From an uncultured Ignavibacteriaceae bacterium (lineage in GTDB: Bacteria > Bacteroidota > Ignavibacteria > UBA10030): a stretch of DNA of 64,000 nt. Numbering within the stretch: the stretch's first letter is position 1; each line of letters starts with the position of its first letter. The stretch lies in NCBI GenBank assembly GCA_964534125.1, contig CAZHOJ010000002.1, positions 68,696 through 132,695 of the forward strand, read 5' to 3'. Position numbers and translations under genes: made by a program. The notes beneath the pieces are model-generated. The model searched no databases. It was given only the letters and a program-made list of their open reading frames with translations, and was not told where the DNA came from. Positions 38,682 to 47,819 of the stretch are shown here, in pieces.

Positions 38682-40940
38682 ATGGAAAAATCTCTCGTTA
38701 TCGTAGAATCGCCGTCGAAGGCGAAGACCATCAATAAGTTCCTCGGCAAGGAGTTCCACGTCGAGGCGTCGGTGGGGCACATCAAGAACCTCCCGAAGAG
38801 CAAGCTCAGCGTGGATATCGAAGAGGATTTCGGCGTTGTCTACGAGACCATCAGCGGCAAGGAAGAGGTGGTCGAGAAGCTCCGGAAGCACGCCAGCACT
38901 GCGAAGGCGGTGTACATCGCAACCGACCCTGACCGCGAGGGGGAGGCCATCGCCGCTCATATCGCAGACGAGCTCAAAGGGTCGAATGAGAACATCAAGC
39001 GCGTCCTGTTCCATGAGATCACCGAGACCGGGGTGAAGGATGGGATGGACCATCCGAAGAAGATCCAGACCAACCTCGTGCTCTCGCAACAGGCCCGACG
39101 GGCGATGGACCGTATCGTTGGATACCAGATCTCACCGTTCGTCTGGAAGACATTCTTCTACGGCCTCTCGGCCGGGCGTGTGCAGACAGTGGCCCTGAGG
39201 CTGATCTGCGAGCGGGAGAAGGCGATACGGGCGTTCGTTCCCGAAGAGTACTGGTCGGTGGTCGGCGAGTTCGAAGCGCCGGGAGGAGAGACCTTCCTCG
39301 CAAAACTCTCGAAGATCGGCGGCAAGGACCCGAGGATCTCCCACGAGGACGGCGTCAAGGAACTTCTGGGCAGGATCAGGGAAGGATCCTTCCGCATCGA
39401 TGGCATCCAGAAGAAGCCGGTCAAACGAAATGCGCCGCCGCCGTTCATCACGAGCACGCTCCAGCAGGAGGCCGCTCGCAGGCTTCGATTCTCTGCGAAG
39501 CGGACCATGACGCTCGCACAGAAGCTGTACGAGGGGATCGATCTCGGCGATGAAGGTCTCACCGGACTGATCACGTACATGCGCACGGACTCCACGCGTC
39601 TGAGCGAAGAGGCCGTGGCCCATGCGCGCGAGTACATCTACGAGAACTACGGCAAGGAGTATCTCCCGAAGGAGCCCAAGCAGTACCGGAAGAAGAAGGC
39701 CTCGCAGGATGCCCACGAGGCCATCCGTCCGACGAGCATGGCGCATACACCCAAGTCGGTCAGGAAGCATCTTGAGAAAGACCTGTTCGCTCTCTATGAG
39801 CTCATCTGGAACCGTTTCGTCGCATGCCAGATGTCTCCCGCACAGTTCGAGCAGATGTCGGTCGATGTGAGCGATGGCACGCATCTGTTCCGGGCGACGG
39901 ACCAGATCCCCGTGTTCAGAGGGTTCCTGACGGTCTATGATGATACGGTCGACGAGGATGCGCCCGAGGAAGATGACAGCGACCCCACGTCCAAGATCCC
40001 GGCAAACCTGCGTCAGGGGGATCCGACGCGCCTCGCAGACCTGCTTCCGAGGCAGCATTTCACGAAGCCGCCGGCGAGATTCACCGAGAGCAGCCTTGTC
40101 AAGGAGCTCGAGTCGCTCGGCATCGGCCGGCCGAGCACGTATGCGCTCATCGTCTCGACGGTCATTGACCGGAAGTATGTCGAACAGAAGGACCGGCGCC
40201 TGTTCGCCAGCGAACTCGGCATGGGGGTCAACGAAATTCTCGTGGAGAACTTCCCGAAGATCTTCAGTGCACGCTTTACGGCGCAGATGGAGGAAGAGCT
40301 CGAGACCATCGCCACAGGCAAGAATGAGTACCTGACGGTGATGAGGGACTTCTATGGCCCCTTCAGCTCAGCACTGGAGAAGGCCTCAGAGCGCGCATCA
40401 GCCATCAAGAAATCCCTCATCGAAAAGACCGACGAGGTCTGTGATGTCTGCGGAAAATCCATGGTGATCAAGTGGGGCAGGAACGGCCGCTTCATGGCCT
40501 GTACGGGGTATCCGAAGTGCAAGAATTCCCGGCCCCTTGCGGAAGAGTTGGAAAAGATGCAACATATCACGGGAGAGAAATGCGAACTGTGTGGTGGCGA
40601 TATGGTCGTGAAGGGGGGGCGGTTCGGAACATTTCTCGGGTGTTCGAACTATCCGTCCTGCAAGAACACCAAGCCGATCACCATCGGCATCAGCTGTCCA
40701 AAATGCAAGGATGGAGGATTGGTCGAACGCAAGACGAAGAAGGGCAAGCGGACCTTCTACGGGTGTTCCAAATACCCGGAATGCGATTTCGCTTCGTGGG
40801 ACAAGCCGTTGAACGAACAATGTCCGACGTGCGGGCACACGTTCCTGGTCGAGAAGACTACCCAGGCCCGGGGCACGCACGTCATCTGCCCGTCGTGCAA
40901 GACCATTCGAGAAGAAAAGGACGTCGCACGCTCAGCCTGA
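38682..40940 (+). CDS. topA: DNA topoisomerase I with C-terminal zinc-ribbon repeats
   Basis: TOPRIM (VIVESPSKAKTI), active-site region, and three C4 zinc ribbons (CDVCG...C, C.LCGG...C, CPKC...C). Confidence 0.95.
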   Translation: MEKSLVIVESPSKAKTINKFLGKEFHVEASVGHIKNLPKSKLSVDIEEDFGVVYETISGKEEVVEKLRKHASTAKAVYIATDPDREGEAIAAHIADELKGSNENIKRVLFHEITETGVKDGMDHPKKIQTNLVLSQQARRAMDRIVGYQISPFVWKTFFYGLSAGRVQTVALRLICEREKAIRAFVPEEYWSVVGEFEAPGGETFLAKLSKIGGKDPRISHEDGVKELLGRIREGSFRIDGIQKKPVKRNAPPPFITSTLQQEAARRLRFSAKRTMTLAQKLYEGIDLGDEGLTGLITYMRTDSTRLSEEAVAHAREYIYENYGKEYLPKEPKQYRKKKASQDAHEAIRPTSMAHTPKSVRKHLEKDLFALYELIWNRFVACQMSPAQFEQMSVDVSDGTHLFRATDQIPVFRGFLTVYDDTVDEDAPEEDDSDPTSKIPANLRQGDPTRLADLLPRQHFTKPPARFTESSLVKELESLGIGRPSTYALIVSTVIDRKYVEQKDRRLFASELGMGVNEILVENFPKIFSARFTAQMEEELETIATGKNEYLTVMRDFYGPFSSALEKASERASAIKKSLIEKTDEVCDVCGKSMVIKWGRNGRFMACTGYPKCKNSRPLAEELEKMQHITGEKCELCGGDMVVKGGRFGTFLGCSNYPSCKNTKPITIGISCPKCKDGGLVERKTKKGKRTFYGCSKYPECDFASWDKPLNEQCPTCGHTFLVEKTTQARGTHVICPSCKTIREEKDVARSA

Positions 40941-41845
40941 CTCCAGATGACCGAGGGGCATTTCGCGAGGCTGTGTCAGGGTTTCTCGCGTATCTCGCTG
41001 ATGAACGGAGATACTCTGCTCACACCCTTCGCGCGTATGAGCATGACCTCCGGTCCCTGGTTGTGGCTGCAGACCGCCAAAAGCGGCCCCTTGCTGCTGT
41101 GGACCGGGATTTCCTCCGTGAGCGTATCGGGGAGATGTACGATGCCGGAAAAGCCCCGACGACGATCGCCCGCACCATCGCAACCTACCGTTCCTTCTTT
41201 CGTTACCTGACGAAGAGGGCATCTCTGCCGTCAAATCCTGCTCGTGAGCTGCGCCAGCCTAAGAAGCCGAAACGACTTCCGCATGTCGTCGAGGCCGGTG
41301 CCATGCAACGGCTGCTCGATTCCATGGATACATCGACACTTGCAGGGACCCGCGACGCCGCTCTCCTCGAGCTGCTCTATGGAGGCGGACTTCGGTTGAG
41401 GGAGGTCCTCTCCCTTCGGCCGGTGGATATCGACGCAGGGCAAGGGACAGTACGGGTGACAGGAAAAGGGAACAAACAGCGCATCGTACCGGTCGGGCGG
41501 AAGGCCTGCCAGGCCCTCGAACGGTACGTCGCACAGTGTGGGGCGGCCGGACGTATCGCTGCACAGAATGAGGTCATCTTCCGGACAGACAAAGGGAAGC
41601 CGTTGTATCCGCACTACGTGCAGCGTGTCGTACGCCGTGAGATCAGCAGGGTCTCCGAGATCGAGAAGAAGAGCCCCCATGTCCTGCGGCACACCTTCGC
41701 AACGCATATGCTCGACCGCGGAGCGGACCTGCGTGCCGTGAAGGAATTGCTCGGTCATGCGAGCCTTTCGACGACGCAGGTGTATGCGCATGTGTCATCA
41801 TCCAGACTCAAGAACGTCTACCAACAATCACATCCAAAGGCCTGA
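40937..41845 (+). CDS. xerC: Tyrosine recombinase XerC/XerD family (start codon uncertain: in-frame CTG at 40937 or GTG at 40973)
   Basis: Core-binding domain followed by catalytic R...K...HxxRHT...LGH..L.TTQ.Y; no canonical start between the topA stop and the conserved N-terminus. Confidence 0.85.
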   Translation: MTPDDRGAFREAVSGFLAYLADERRYSAHTLRAYEHDLRSLVVAADRQKRPLAAVDRDFLRERIGEMYDAGKAPTTIARTIATYRSFFRYLTKRASLPSNPARELRQPKKPKRLPHVVEAGAMQRLLDSMDTSTLAGTRDAALLELLYGGGLRLREVLSLRPVDIDAGQGTVRVTGKGNKQRIVPVGRKACQALERYVAQCGAAGRIAAQNEVIFRTDKGKPLYPHYVQRVVRREISRVSEIEKKSPHVLRHTFATHMLDRGADLRAVKELLGHASLSTTQVYAHVSSSRLKNVYQQSHPKA

Positions 41846-41899
41846 ACAACACACTGCCGACCCGAACGGTTCTTCCAGGATCCATAAAGGAACAACGCT

Positions 41900-42232
41900 A
41901 TGAGAACGACAGTCACATCCCGGCACTTCAAGGCTCATCAGTCGCTTGTCTCATACTCGGAGGATTCGCTGGACTCGCTCACCCGTTTCTATGACGGTAT
42001 CATCAAGTCGGAGGTCATCCTCAGCTATGAGCGGGCCCGCAACAGCACGAAGATCGCAGAGGTGAACATTCATGTGTACAACGCCATCCTGACCAGCAAG
42101 TTCGAGTCGGACGATTTCTTCAAATCGGTGGATGGGGCAGTGGAAAAGCTTCGAAGGCAAGTGAAACGGTACAAGGAAAAACTGCGCCAGCGGGACCGGA
42201 GTGACATCCGCCGTGTGCGCGCAAAGGTCTGA
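41900..42232 (+). CDS. hpf: Ribosome hibernation-promoting factor / RaiA (short form)
   Basis: MRTTVTSRHFKAHQSL... beta-alpha-beta-beta-beta-alpha pattern of the S30AE family; 110 aa. Confidence 0.85.
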   Translation: MRTTVTSRHFKAHQSLVSYSEDSLDSLTRFYDGIIKSEVILSYERARNSTKIAEVNIHVYNAILTSKFESDDFFKSVDGAVEKLRRQVKRYKEKLRQRDRSDIRRVRAKV

Positions 42233-42247
42233 ACGGAAGGTCCTGCC

Positions 42248-43258
42248 ATGTCCATTGGGAACGTGAAAGAAACGCAGAAGGAGTCCGTGACCGTTGGATT
42301 CCTCTATGAATCCAACAGGGAGCGTCTGAGGCTGATGGCCTTGAATGGTGACGTCGGCTTCAAGCGCGAGGTCACCGACAAGAACCTGCACCGGCCGGGT
42401 CTGGCTCTCGCAGGGTACGTGGAGTTGTTCACGTACAACAGGGTACAGATCTTCGGGAACACCGAGATCCGGTATCTGAGCCATCTCACGCTTGACGAGC
42501 GGAAGAAGGCGTTCGGACGCCTCATGGACTTCGACCTGCCGTGCATCGTGATCACGAACAACAATACGCTCGACCCGGAGCTCATCTCCCTGGCGACGAA
42601 TCATGGCATCAGCGTTTTCCAGTCGTCGCTCGAGACCACGAAGTTCGTATACTTCCTGTCGGATTTCCTGGACGACCAGTTCGCTCCCCAGGCGGCGGTG
42701 CACGGGTCCTTCATCGATGTCTACGGCATCGGGGTCCTGCTCACGGGCCGCTCTGCCATCGGAAAGAGCGAGGTCGCCCTCGATCTGGTCGAACGTGGGC
42801 ATCGGCTCGTTGCTGACGACGTCGTCCTCGTCACCAGGAAGGGAGAGGGGATCCTCATGGGGGCCGGATCGGACATGGTCAAGCACTTCATGGAGATACG
42901 GGGACTCGGCCTCATCGATGTCCGTTCCATTTTCGGTATCCGTTCCATCCGATTCCAGAAACGGGTTGAGATGATCGTTCAGCTGGAGGAATGGCACCCG
43001 GATGGTGAGTATACGCGCACCGGGCTTGACCATGAGACGACAACCCTGATGGGCGTTGAGCTGAACTACATACGGCTGCCCATTTTCCCCGGCAAGAACA
43101 TCACCGTGATTGTCGAGGTCATTGCCATGGACTACCTCCTGAAGCACTATGGGTATAATGCGGCCAAAGAGTTCACAAAGCGGCTGGATTCTGCCATTGC
43201 CGACAGGGCCCGGGGAGGAAAGCGCGTCATCGACTATTTTGAACACGATTTTGAATGA
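42248..43258 (+). CDS. hprK: HPr kinase/phosphorylase
   Basis: Walker A GxSGxGKSE (GRSAIGKSE), LVADD, and C-terminal HprK signature region. Confidence 0.9.
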   Translation: MSIGNVKETQKESVTVGFLYESNRERLRLMALNGDVGFKREVTDKNLHRPGLALAGYVELFTYNRVQIFGNTEIRYLSHLTLDERKKAFGRLMDFDLPCIVITNNNTLDPELISLATNHGISVFQSSLETTKFVYFLSDFLDDQFAPQAAVHGSFIDVYGIGVLLTGRSAIGKSEVALDLVERGHRLVADDVVLVTRKGEGILMGAGSDMVKHFMEIRGLGLIDVRSIFGIRSIRFQKRVEMIVQLEEWHPDGEYTRTGLDHETTTLMGVELNYIRLPIFPGKNITVIVEVIAMDYLLKHYGYNAAKEFTKRLDSAIADRARGGKRVIDYFEHDFE

Positions 43259-43269
43259 TCAGGTTGTCC

Positions 43270-43298
43270 TTGACAGACGGGCCGAATTTATCTATTTT
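43270..43298 (+). promoter_or_regulatory. Sigma70-like promoter (TTGACA-17 nt-TATTTT) upstream of the M23 peptidase gene
   Basis: Hexamers seen directly at 43270-43275 and 43293-43298. Confidence 0.3.
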
Positions 43299-43345
43299 CA
43301 GCAAACTCTGAGGACCGACAGGTCAAACGTCCGGTTCCTTGCGGT

Positions 43346-44332
43346 ATGTACGTGCCAGACCGAATGACAAAGCTCCATAAATATTCGCAACGCTCGCTCT
43401 CCTACGCCGAACTTCCCTGGGCCCGGACAAAGCTCTTTGTGTCCGGCGCGCTGGTTGGCGTGCTCGTGGTCATCGGCATCCTCGAGATCAATGGCAGGAT
43501 GGGTGACACGCTTGGCCTGGGCTTCACGCGGACAGATCTTCTGATCCAGGAGAATGCCATCCTTCGGGGGCAGATCGCATCTGTCAATGACCGCATCGCC
43601 ATGCTCCAGGACAACCTGGAGCGTATCAATGAGAAGGGGAACCATCTCAGGCTGCTCATGGACCTCAACAGAGTTCCGGAGGACATCCGGCAGGGGGGCA
43701 TCGGCGGTACACGGCTGGACGTGGATTTCAACACATCCCTGGATGTCAGCGATGAGCTCAACACCTTGCGTCGGTCCATGACCAAAGCGGAGCGGGAATT
43801 GCAGGTCCAGTTCACGAGCTACCGGGAGATAGCGGACAAATATACGGAGAACAAGGAGCGGTTCGTGCGCCTTCCGGCGATCCGTCCGATGAACGGCTAC
43901 TATAGCCGCCAGGGCCCGCGTGTACGGCTGCATCCGATCCTCAATATCTACCGCCGGCATGAGGGGATCGACATCGCGAACGATGTCGGCACTCCGATCT
44001 ATGCGCCGGCTGATGGTGTAGTGGAGTTCACCGGCCGTCACGGCGGATATGGTATCGCGGTGGAGATCAACCATGGCTATTCGTACAGGACGCTCTACGG
44101 TCACCTCTCGAAAGCACTTGTGCGGGAAGGCCAGCAGGTGAAACGCGGCACGCTGATTGCGCGCTCTGGGAACACCGGACTTTCCAGCGGGCCTCACCTG
44201 CATTACGAGGTCCGGAAAAACGGCGTCCCGCAGAACCCGCTCGATTATTTCTTCGATGACATCGACTTTATCGCGGAAGCAGGAACGCCATTGCCGAACG
44301 AGGCGATGGAAAACCTGTATATCGAGGATTGA
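43346..44332 (+). CDS. M23-family metallopeptidase (LytM/lysostaphin-like) with N-terminal coiled coil
   Basis: HxxxD and HxH zinc motifs (HEGIDIA...D; GPHLHYEV); membrane anchor plus coiled-coil region. Confidence 0.85.
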   Translation: MYVPDRMTKLHKYSQRSLSYAELPWARTKLFVSGALVGVLVVIGILEINGRMGDTLGLGFTRTDLLIQENAILRGQIASVNDRIAMLQDNLERINEKGNHLRLLMDLNRVPEDIRQGGIGGTRLDVDFNTSLDVSDELNTLRRSMTKAERELQVQFTSYREIADKYTENKERFVRLPAIRPMNGYYSRQGPRVRLHPILNIYRRHEGIDIANDVGTPIYAPADGVVEFTGRHGGYGIAVEINHGYSYRTLYGHLSKALVREGQQVKRGTLIARSGNTGLSSGPHLHYEVRKNGVPQNPLDYFFDDIDFIAEAGTPLPNEAMENLYIED

Positions 44333-44335
44333 AGC

Positions 44336-44560
44336 ATGATCTGGACAATCGAACTGGCATCGTATCTTGATGATGCGCCATGGCCAGCGACAAAGGAAGA
44401 GCTGATCGACTATGCGATGCGAACGGGGGCCCCGGCCCAGGTGGTTCAGAACCTCGAGGAACTTGAGGACACTGATGAACCATACGAGAGCATCGAGGAG
44501 ATCTGGACTGATTATCCCACCGATGAGGATTTCTTTTTCGAGGACGAGAAGGATTATTGA
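44336..44560 (+). CDS. Small acidic protein, DUF2795-like
   Basis: 74 aa; motif L..aPWPATKEELIDYA...GAP..VV.NLEEL recalled from DUF2795; very acidic C-terminus. Confidence 0.45.
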   Translation: MIWTIELASYLDDAPWPATKEELIDYAMRTGAPAQVVQNLEELEDTDEPYESIEEIWTDYPTDEDFFFEDEKDY

Positions 44561-46682
44561 CCGGAACATCCTCGGTGGCCGTTCTCCGGCTGCCGATACA
44601 TGGCGTCGGGCCCAGTGCAGTCGTACTGGGCCTTTTTCTTTTCTTTCGCACCGTCTGATCCGCATCGCTGCCCTGCTTCTCTGCGTCGCTGCTGGTGCTG
44701 AAGCTCAGTCCCGGCGGGAGGTCAGTGGGATAGATTTCGATGGGGCAGTGAGCTTCTCCGAGAAGCAACTGCGGGATGTCATCCGGTCGCAGGAAACCCC
44801 GTGGGTGGTCTGGCAATGGCTCTACACCATCAGCGAGAACTTCGGCTCTCCCCCTGCATATGCCGATCCGCTGACGATCGACGGCGATGCAGAATCGCTT
44901 CGCCGGTTCTACGAGAATCAGGGATTCTTTCGGGCGACCGTCCGGCCGGAGGTGATCCCCGACAACGACGCAGCGGTCATCCGGTTCACCATTTCCGAGG
45001 GCGTGAGGGCAGTTGTGGACTCCGTCACGTTGCGGGGGATCGACGGATTGCCGCAGCCGGTGAGGGAGGAACTTCTCCAGGAACCGCTCATTACCGCTGG
45101 CGACCCGTTCGTCTATCCCCTTGTGGAGGACGAGTTCCGTCGGCTCCTGGCTGTCATGACGAACAACGGATTCGTGAACGTCAAAGTGCCGCGCAAAGAG
45201 GCGATCGGCCATGACAATGCGAGCAGCTTCTGGGTCCTGTTCGAGTTCGACCCCGGATTGCAGCACAAGTTTGGCGATGTGACGATCCTTCACGACACGA
45301 CATCTGCCGAAAGGATCGAAGATGGGGTCATCCTGCGTCACCTCGATTTCGGACCCGGGGATACCTACAGTGAAATCCGCAAGCAGGAGTCGGAACGGCA
45401 GCTCAACAGACTCGGTGTCTTCGATGCGACCCGGGTGGAGATAGCGGGACAGGTCAGCCTGGACAGTCTCGTGTCGGTCCCCATGGAAGTGACCGTGCGG
45501 ACCCGTGCATTCCAGGAACTGAGACCGGAGATCGGTTTCAATGATGAGGATAACCAGTTCAATGCTCTCGTCGGACTCGGATACAATCATCGCAACTTCT
45601 TCGGGGGGGCGAGGAACTTCAACACGTCGTTCCGCTATAGTCTTCGGTCGATAGCGAATGCCAGGTTCGACCGCCTCTTCAGTGGAGAAGGATTGCGGGA
45701 TAGTACGCTTGTATCGAAGGCTGAGTTCTCCGTCCAGCTCACGCAGCCGTATTTCTTCAGTAACAAGATCAGCTTGACGAGCTCCATCTCCGCGATTCTC
45801 GATAAACGGAAGACCGTCTACATCCCGATCCTGCGCGGCAAGGTCGGGACGGTCGCTCAGACGGCGATGTACACGCGTTTCCTCGCGGATTGGAACCTTG
45901 AGTGGATCGACCCGAAGAGCGTGACCACGAGCCAGGACACTGTGCTCGGGGACCTGTATGAAAAGCAGTTCAACTCTATCCTGACCCTGACGCTCCGTTC
46001 GGACCACAGGAATGACCTGTTCAATCCCTCAGGCGGATACATTCACACGATCGTCGTCGAAGAGGCCGGACTCATGCCGAAGCTGTACTCCGCTGCGGGG
46101 GGAAAGCCGCTTCCCTACTCACAGTACTACAAGCTCATCCTTCTGGGCCAATGGTACTGGCCGGGCAGCAGCACAGGTAGGGTCGTCTTCGCGGCGAAGT
46201 CGCAGTTCGGATTCGCCCAGCGCTTCGGCGAATCGCCGAATGATGTTCCCATCACGCGAAAGTTCTATTCGGGCGGAAGTGGTAGTGTCCGCGGCTGGAA
46301 GGCCCGGGAGCTGGGGGTCGTGGATCGCCCGGAGTACGGCGGCAATGCGGTGCTCGAAATGAGCGCCGAGACGCGGTTCCGTCCGTTCGAGAGCACAGAG
46401 GACGTCCTCTTTCTGGATCCCTCGAAAATTGCCTTCACCCTGTTCGCAGACGCCGGCAATATCTGGCAGGAGGTCGGCAAGATGCGGCCGGACCAGCTGG
46501 CTGCTGCAGCCGGCATCGGTTTCCGGTACAACACAGTCGCCGGCCCGATCCGTATCGATTTCGGTCTCAAGGTCTACGATCCGCTCGCTGCCGAAGACCG
46601 GCGATGGATATCATCCAAGAAATTCTTCTCCGAAACGCTGGCCGGCGGCGTGATCCATCTGGGGATAGGACATGCGTTCTAG
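44523..46682 (+). CDS. Omp85/BamA-family outer-membrane protein (POTRA repeats plus bacterial-surface-antigen beta-barrel); start uncertain, CTG at 44655 would give an ideal signal peptide
   Basis: POTRA-like segments, C-terminal barrel with terminal aromatic (HAF); no ATG/GTG/TTG in frame between 44561 and the signal peptide. Confidence 0.8.
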   Translation: MRISFSRTRRIIDRNILGGRSPAADTWRRAQCSRTGPFSFLSHRLIRIAALLLCVAAGAEAQSRREVSGIDFDGAVSFSEKQLRDVIRSQETPWVVWQWLYTISENFGSPPAYADPLTIDGDAESLRRFYENQGFFRATVRPEVIPDNDAAVIRFTISEGVRAVVDSVTLRGIDGLPQPVREELLQEPLITAGDPFVYPLVEDEFRRLLAVMTNNGFVNVKVPRKEAIGHDNASSFWVLFEFDPGLQHKFGDVTILHDTTSAERIEDGVILRHLDFGPGDTYSEIRKQESERQLNRLGVFDATRVEIAGQVSLDSLVSVPMEVTVRTRAFQELRPEIGFNDEDNQFNALVGLGYNHRNFFGGARNFNTSFRYSLRSIANARFDRLFSGEGLRDSTLVSKAEFSVQLTQPYFFSNKISLTSSISAILDKRKTVYIPILRGKVGTVAQTAMYTRFLADWNLEWIDPKSVTTSQDTVLGDLYEKQFNSILTLTLRSDHRNDLFNPSGGYIHTIVVEEAGLMPKLYSAAGGKPLPYSQYYKLILLGQWYWPGSSTGRVVFAAKSQFGFAQRFGESPNDVPITRKFYSGGSGSVRGWKARELGVVDRPEYGGNAVLEMSAETRFRPFESTEDVLFLDPSKIAFTLFADAGNIWQEVGKMRPDQLAAAAGIGFRYNTVAGPIRIDFGLKVYDPLAAEDRRWISSKKFFSETLAGGVIHLGIGHAF

Positions 46683-46694
46683 GAGCCACTGAAG

Positions 46695-47819
46695 ATGGCC
46701 TGGTCGGATGTCATAGGACAGGAGCGGGCGAAGGATATTCTCAGGCGCTCCATCGCGAACAAGCGTGTGGCGCATGCGTACCTGTTCCACGGGAGAGCGG
46801 GAGTGGGGAAGGACGCGCTCGCACTCGAGTTCGCTCGTACCCTCCAGTGCATGGCGGGCGGGGATGAAGCCTGCGGTGAGTGCAAGAGCTGCCGTCTCGC
46901 AGCGGAGCTCAAGCATCCGGACGTGCGCATCATCGTCCGGTTGCCCTCCGCACGGAATGAACAGGCCGGTGACGATCCCTTCGCCAACCTGGGGGACGAG
47001 GTGATAGCAGCATTCAAGGACGAGATGGCTGCGAAGGCACGCGATCCGTATTATCCCATCAGCCTGCCGAAGGCGCAGGTCATTCGCATCAACAGCATCC
47101 GCCACATCAGGCGGGAAGCCGCCAGGTCGCCTGTTGAGGGCCGGTACAAGATCTTTCTCATCCTCCAGGCTGAGGATATGAATCAGGAGTCCTCGAACGC
47201 GCTGCTCAAGACGCTCGAGGAGCCCCTCCCGAATGCGCTGCTGCTACTGACGAGCACGTACCCACAGCAACTCCTTCCAACGATCGTGTCGCGGTGCCAG
47301 CAGGTGGAGTGCTCGCGGCTCGGCGATGATGAGATCGCCCTCGCCCTTCAGAGGAGGGAGGGATGTTCAGAGGACGAGGCGGTGACAGCGGCCCGTGCGT
47401 CTGACGGGAGCTATGGGATCGCGCGGACACTGCTTCAGGGTGACGTGGAAGAGGAACGGGCAACCGCCGTGGAATTTCTCAGGTTCGCGGTGGGCCAATC
47501 GTTCGTGAAACTTTCGGAAGTGGTCGAGACCATCGTCCGTGAGAAGGACAGGCAAGGCATCGAAGCATGGCTGAAGCTCCTCCAGGCTTGGATACGGGAG
47601 ACCTATCTCGTTCAGCAGGGCTCTGTGCGTCAAGGCATCATCGAGGATGATGCGCGCACACGACTCCTCCAGCGATTTCCTCGCGCCGCACTCGACCTCT
47701 CCATCGACTGCGTTGAGCGTGCAATTGCCGATACCCGCAGAAATGTGTACCTTCCTGTCATCCTGAACTCTCTTGCGCACGAGCTCCGACAGCACATCGC
47801 ATCCCCCCGGCAGGCATGA
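46695..47819 (+). CDS. holB: DNA polymerase III delta-prime subunit
   Basis: AAA+ clamp-loader fold with degenerate Walker A (GRAGVGKDALA), zinc module C..C..C..C and SRC-like motif. Confidence 0.85.
   Translation: MAWSDVIGQERAKDILRRSIANKRVAHAYLFHGRAGVGKDALALEFARTLQCMAGGDEACGECKSCRLAAELKHPDVRIIVRLPSARNEQAGDDPFANLGDEVIAAFKDEMAAKARDPYYPISLPKAQVIRINSIRHIRREAARSPVEGRYKIFLILQAEDMNQESSNALLKTLEEPLPNALLLLTSTYPQQLLPTIVSRCQQVECSRLGDDEIALALQRREGCSEDEAVTAARASDGSYGIARTLLQGDVEEERATAVEFLRFAVGQSFVKLSEVVETIVREKDRQGIEAWLKLLQAWIRETYLVQQGSVRQGIIEDDARTRLLQRFPRAALDLSIDCVERAIADTRRNVYLPVILNSLAHELRQHIASPRQA

Noticed and set aside
40472-40936. ORF-track extension of the xerC frame back into topA (start at 40472)
   Set aside because: The upstream 155 codons lie inside topA in another frame and have no recombinase similarity. 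The conserved XerC N-terminus begins at about 40937.
40937-41845. Tyrosine recombinase as a possible integrase of a mobile element
   Set aside because: It is embedded in the housekeeping smg-topA-xerC-hpf-hprK run and has a chromosome-dimer-resolution-type (XerC/D) N-terminal domain. There is no flanking tRNA, repeats or phage genes.
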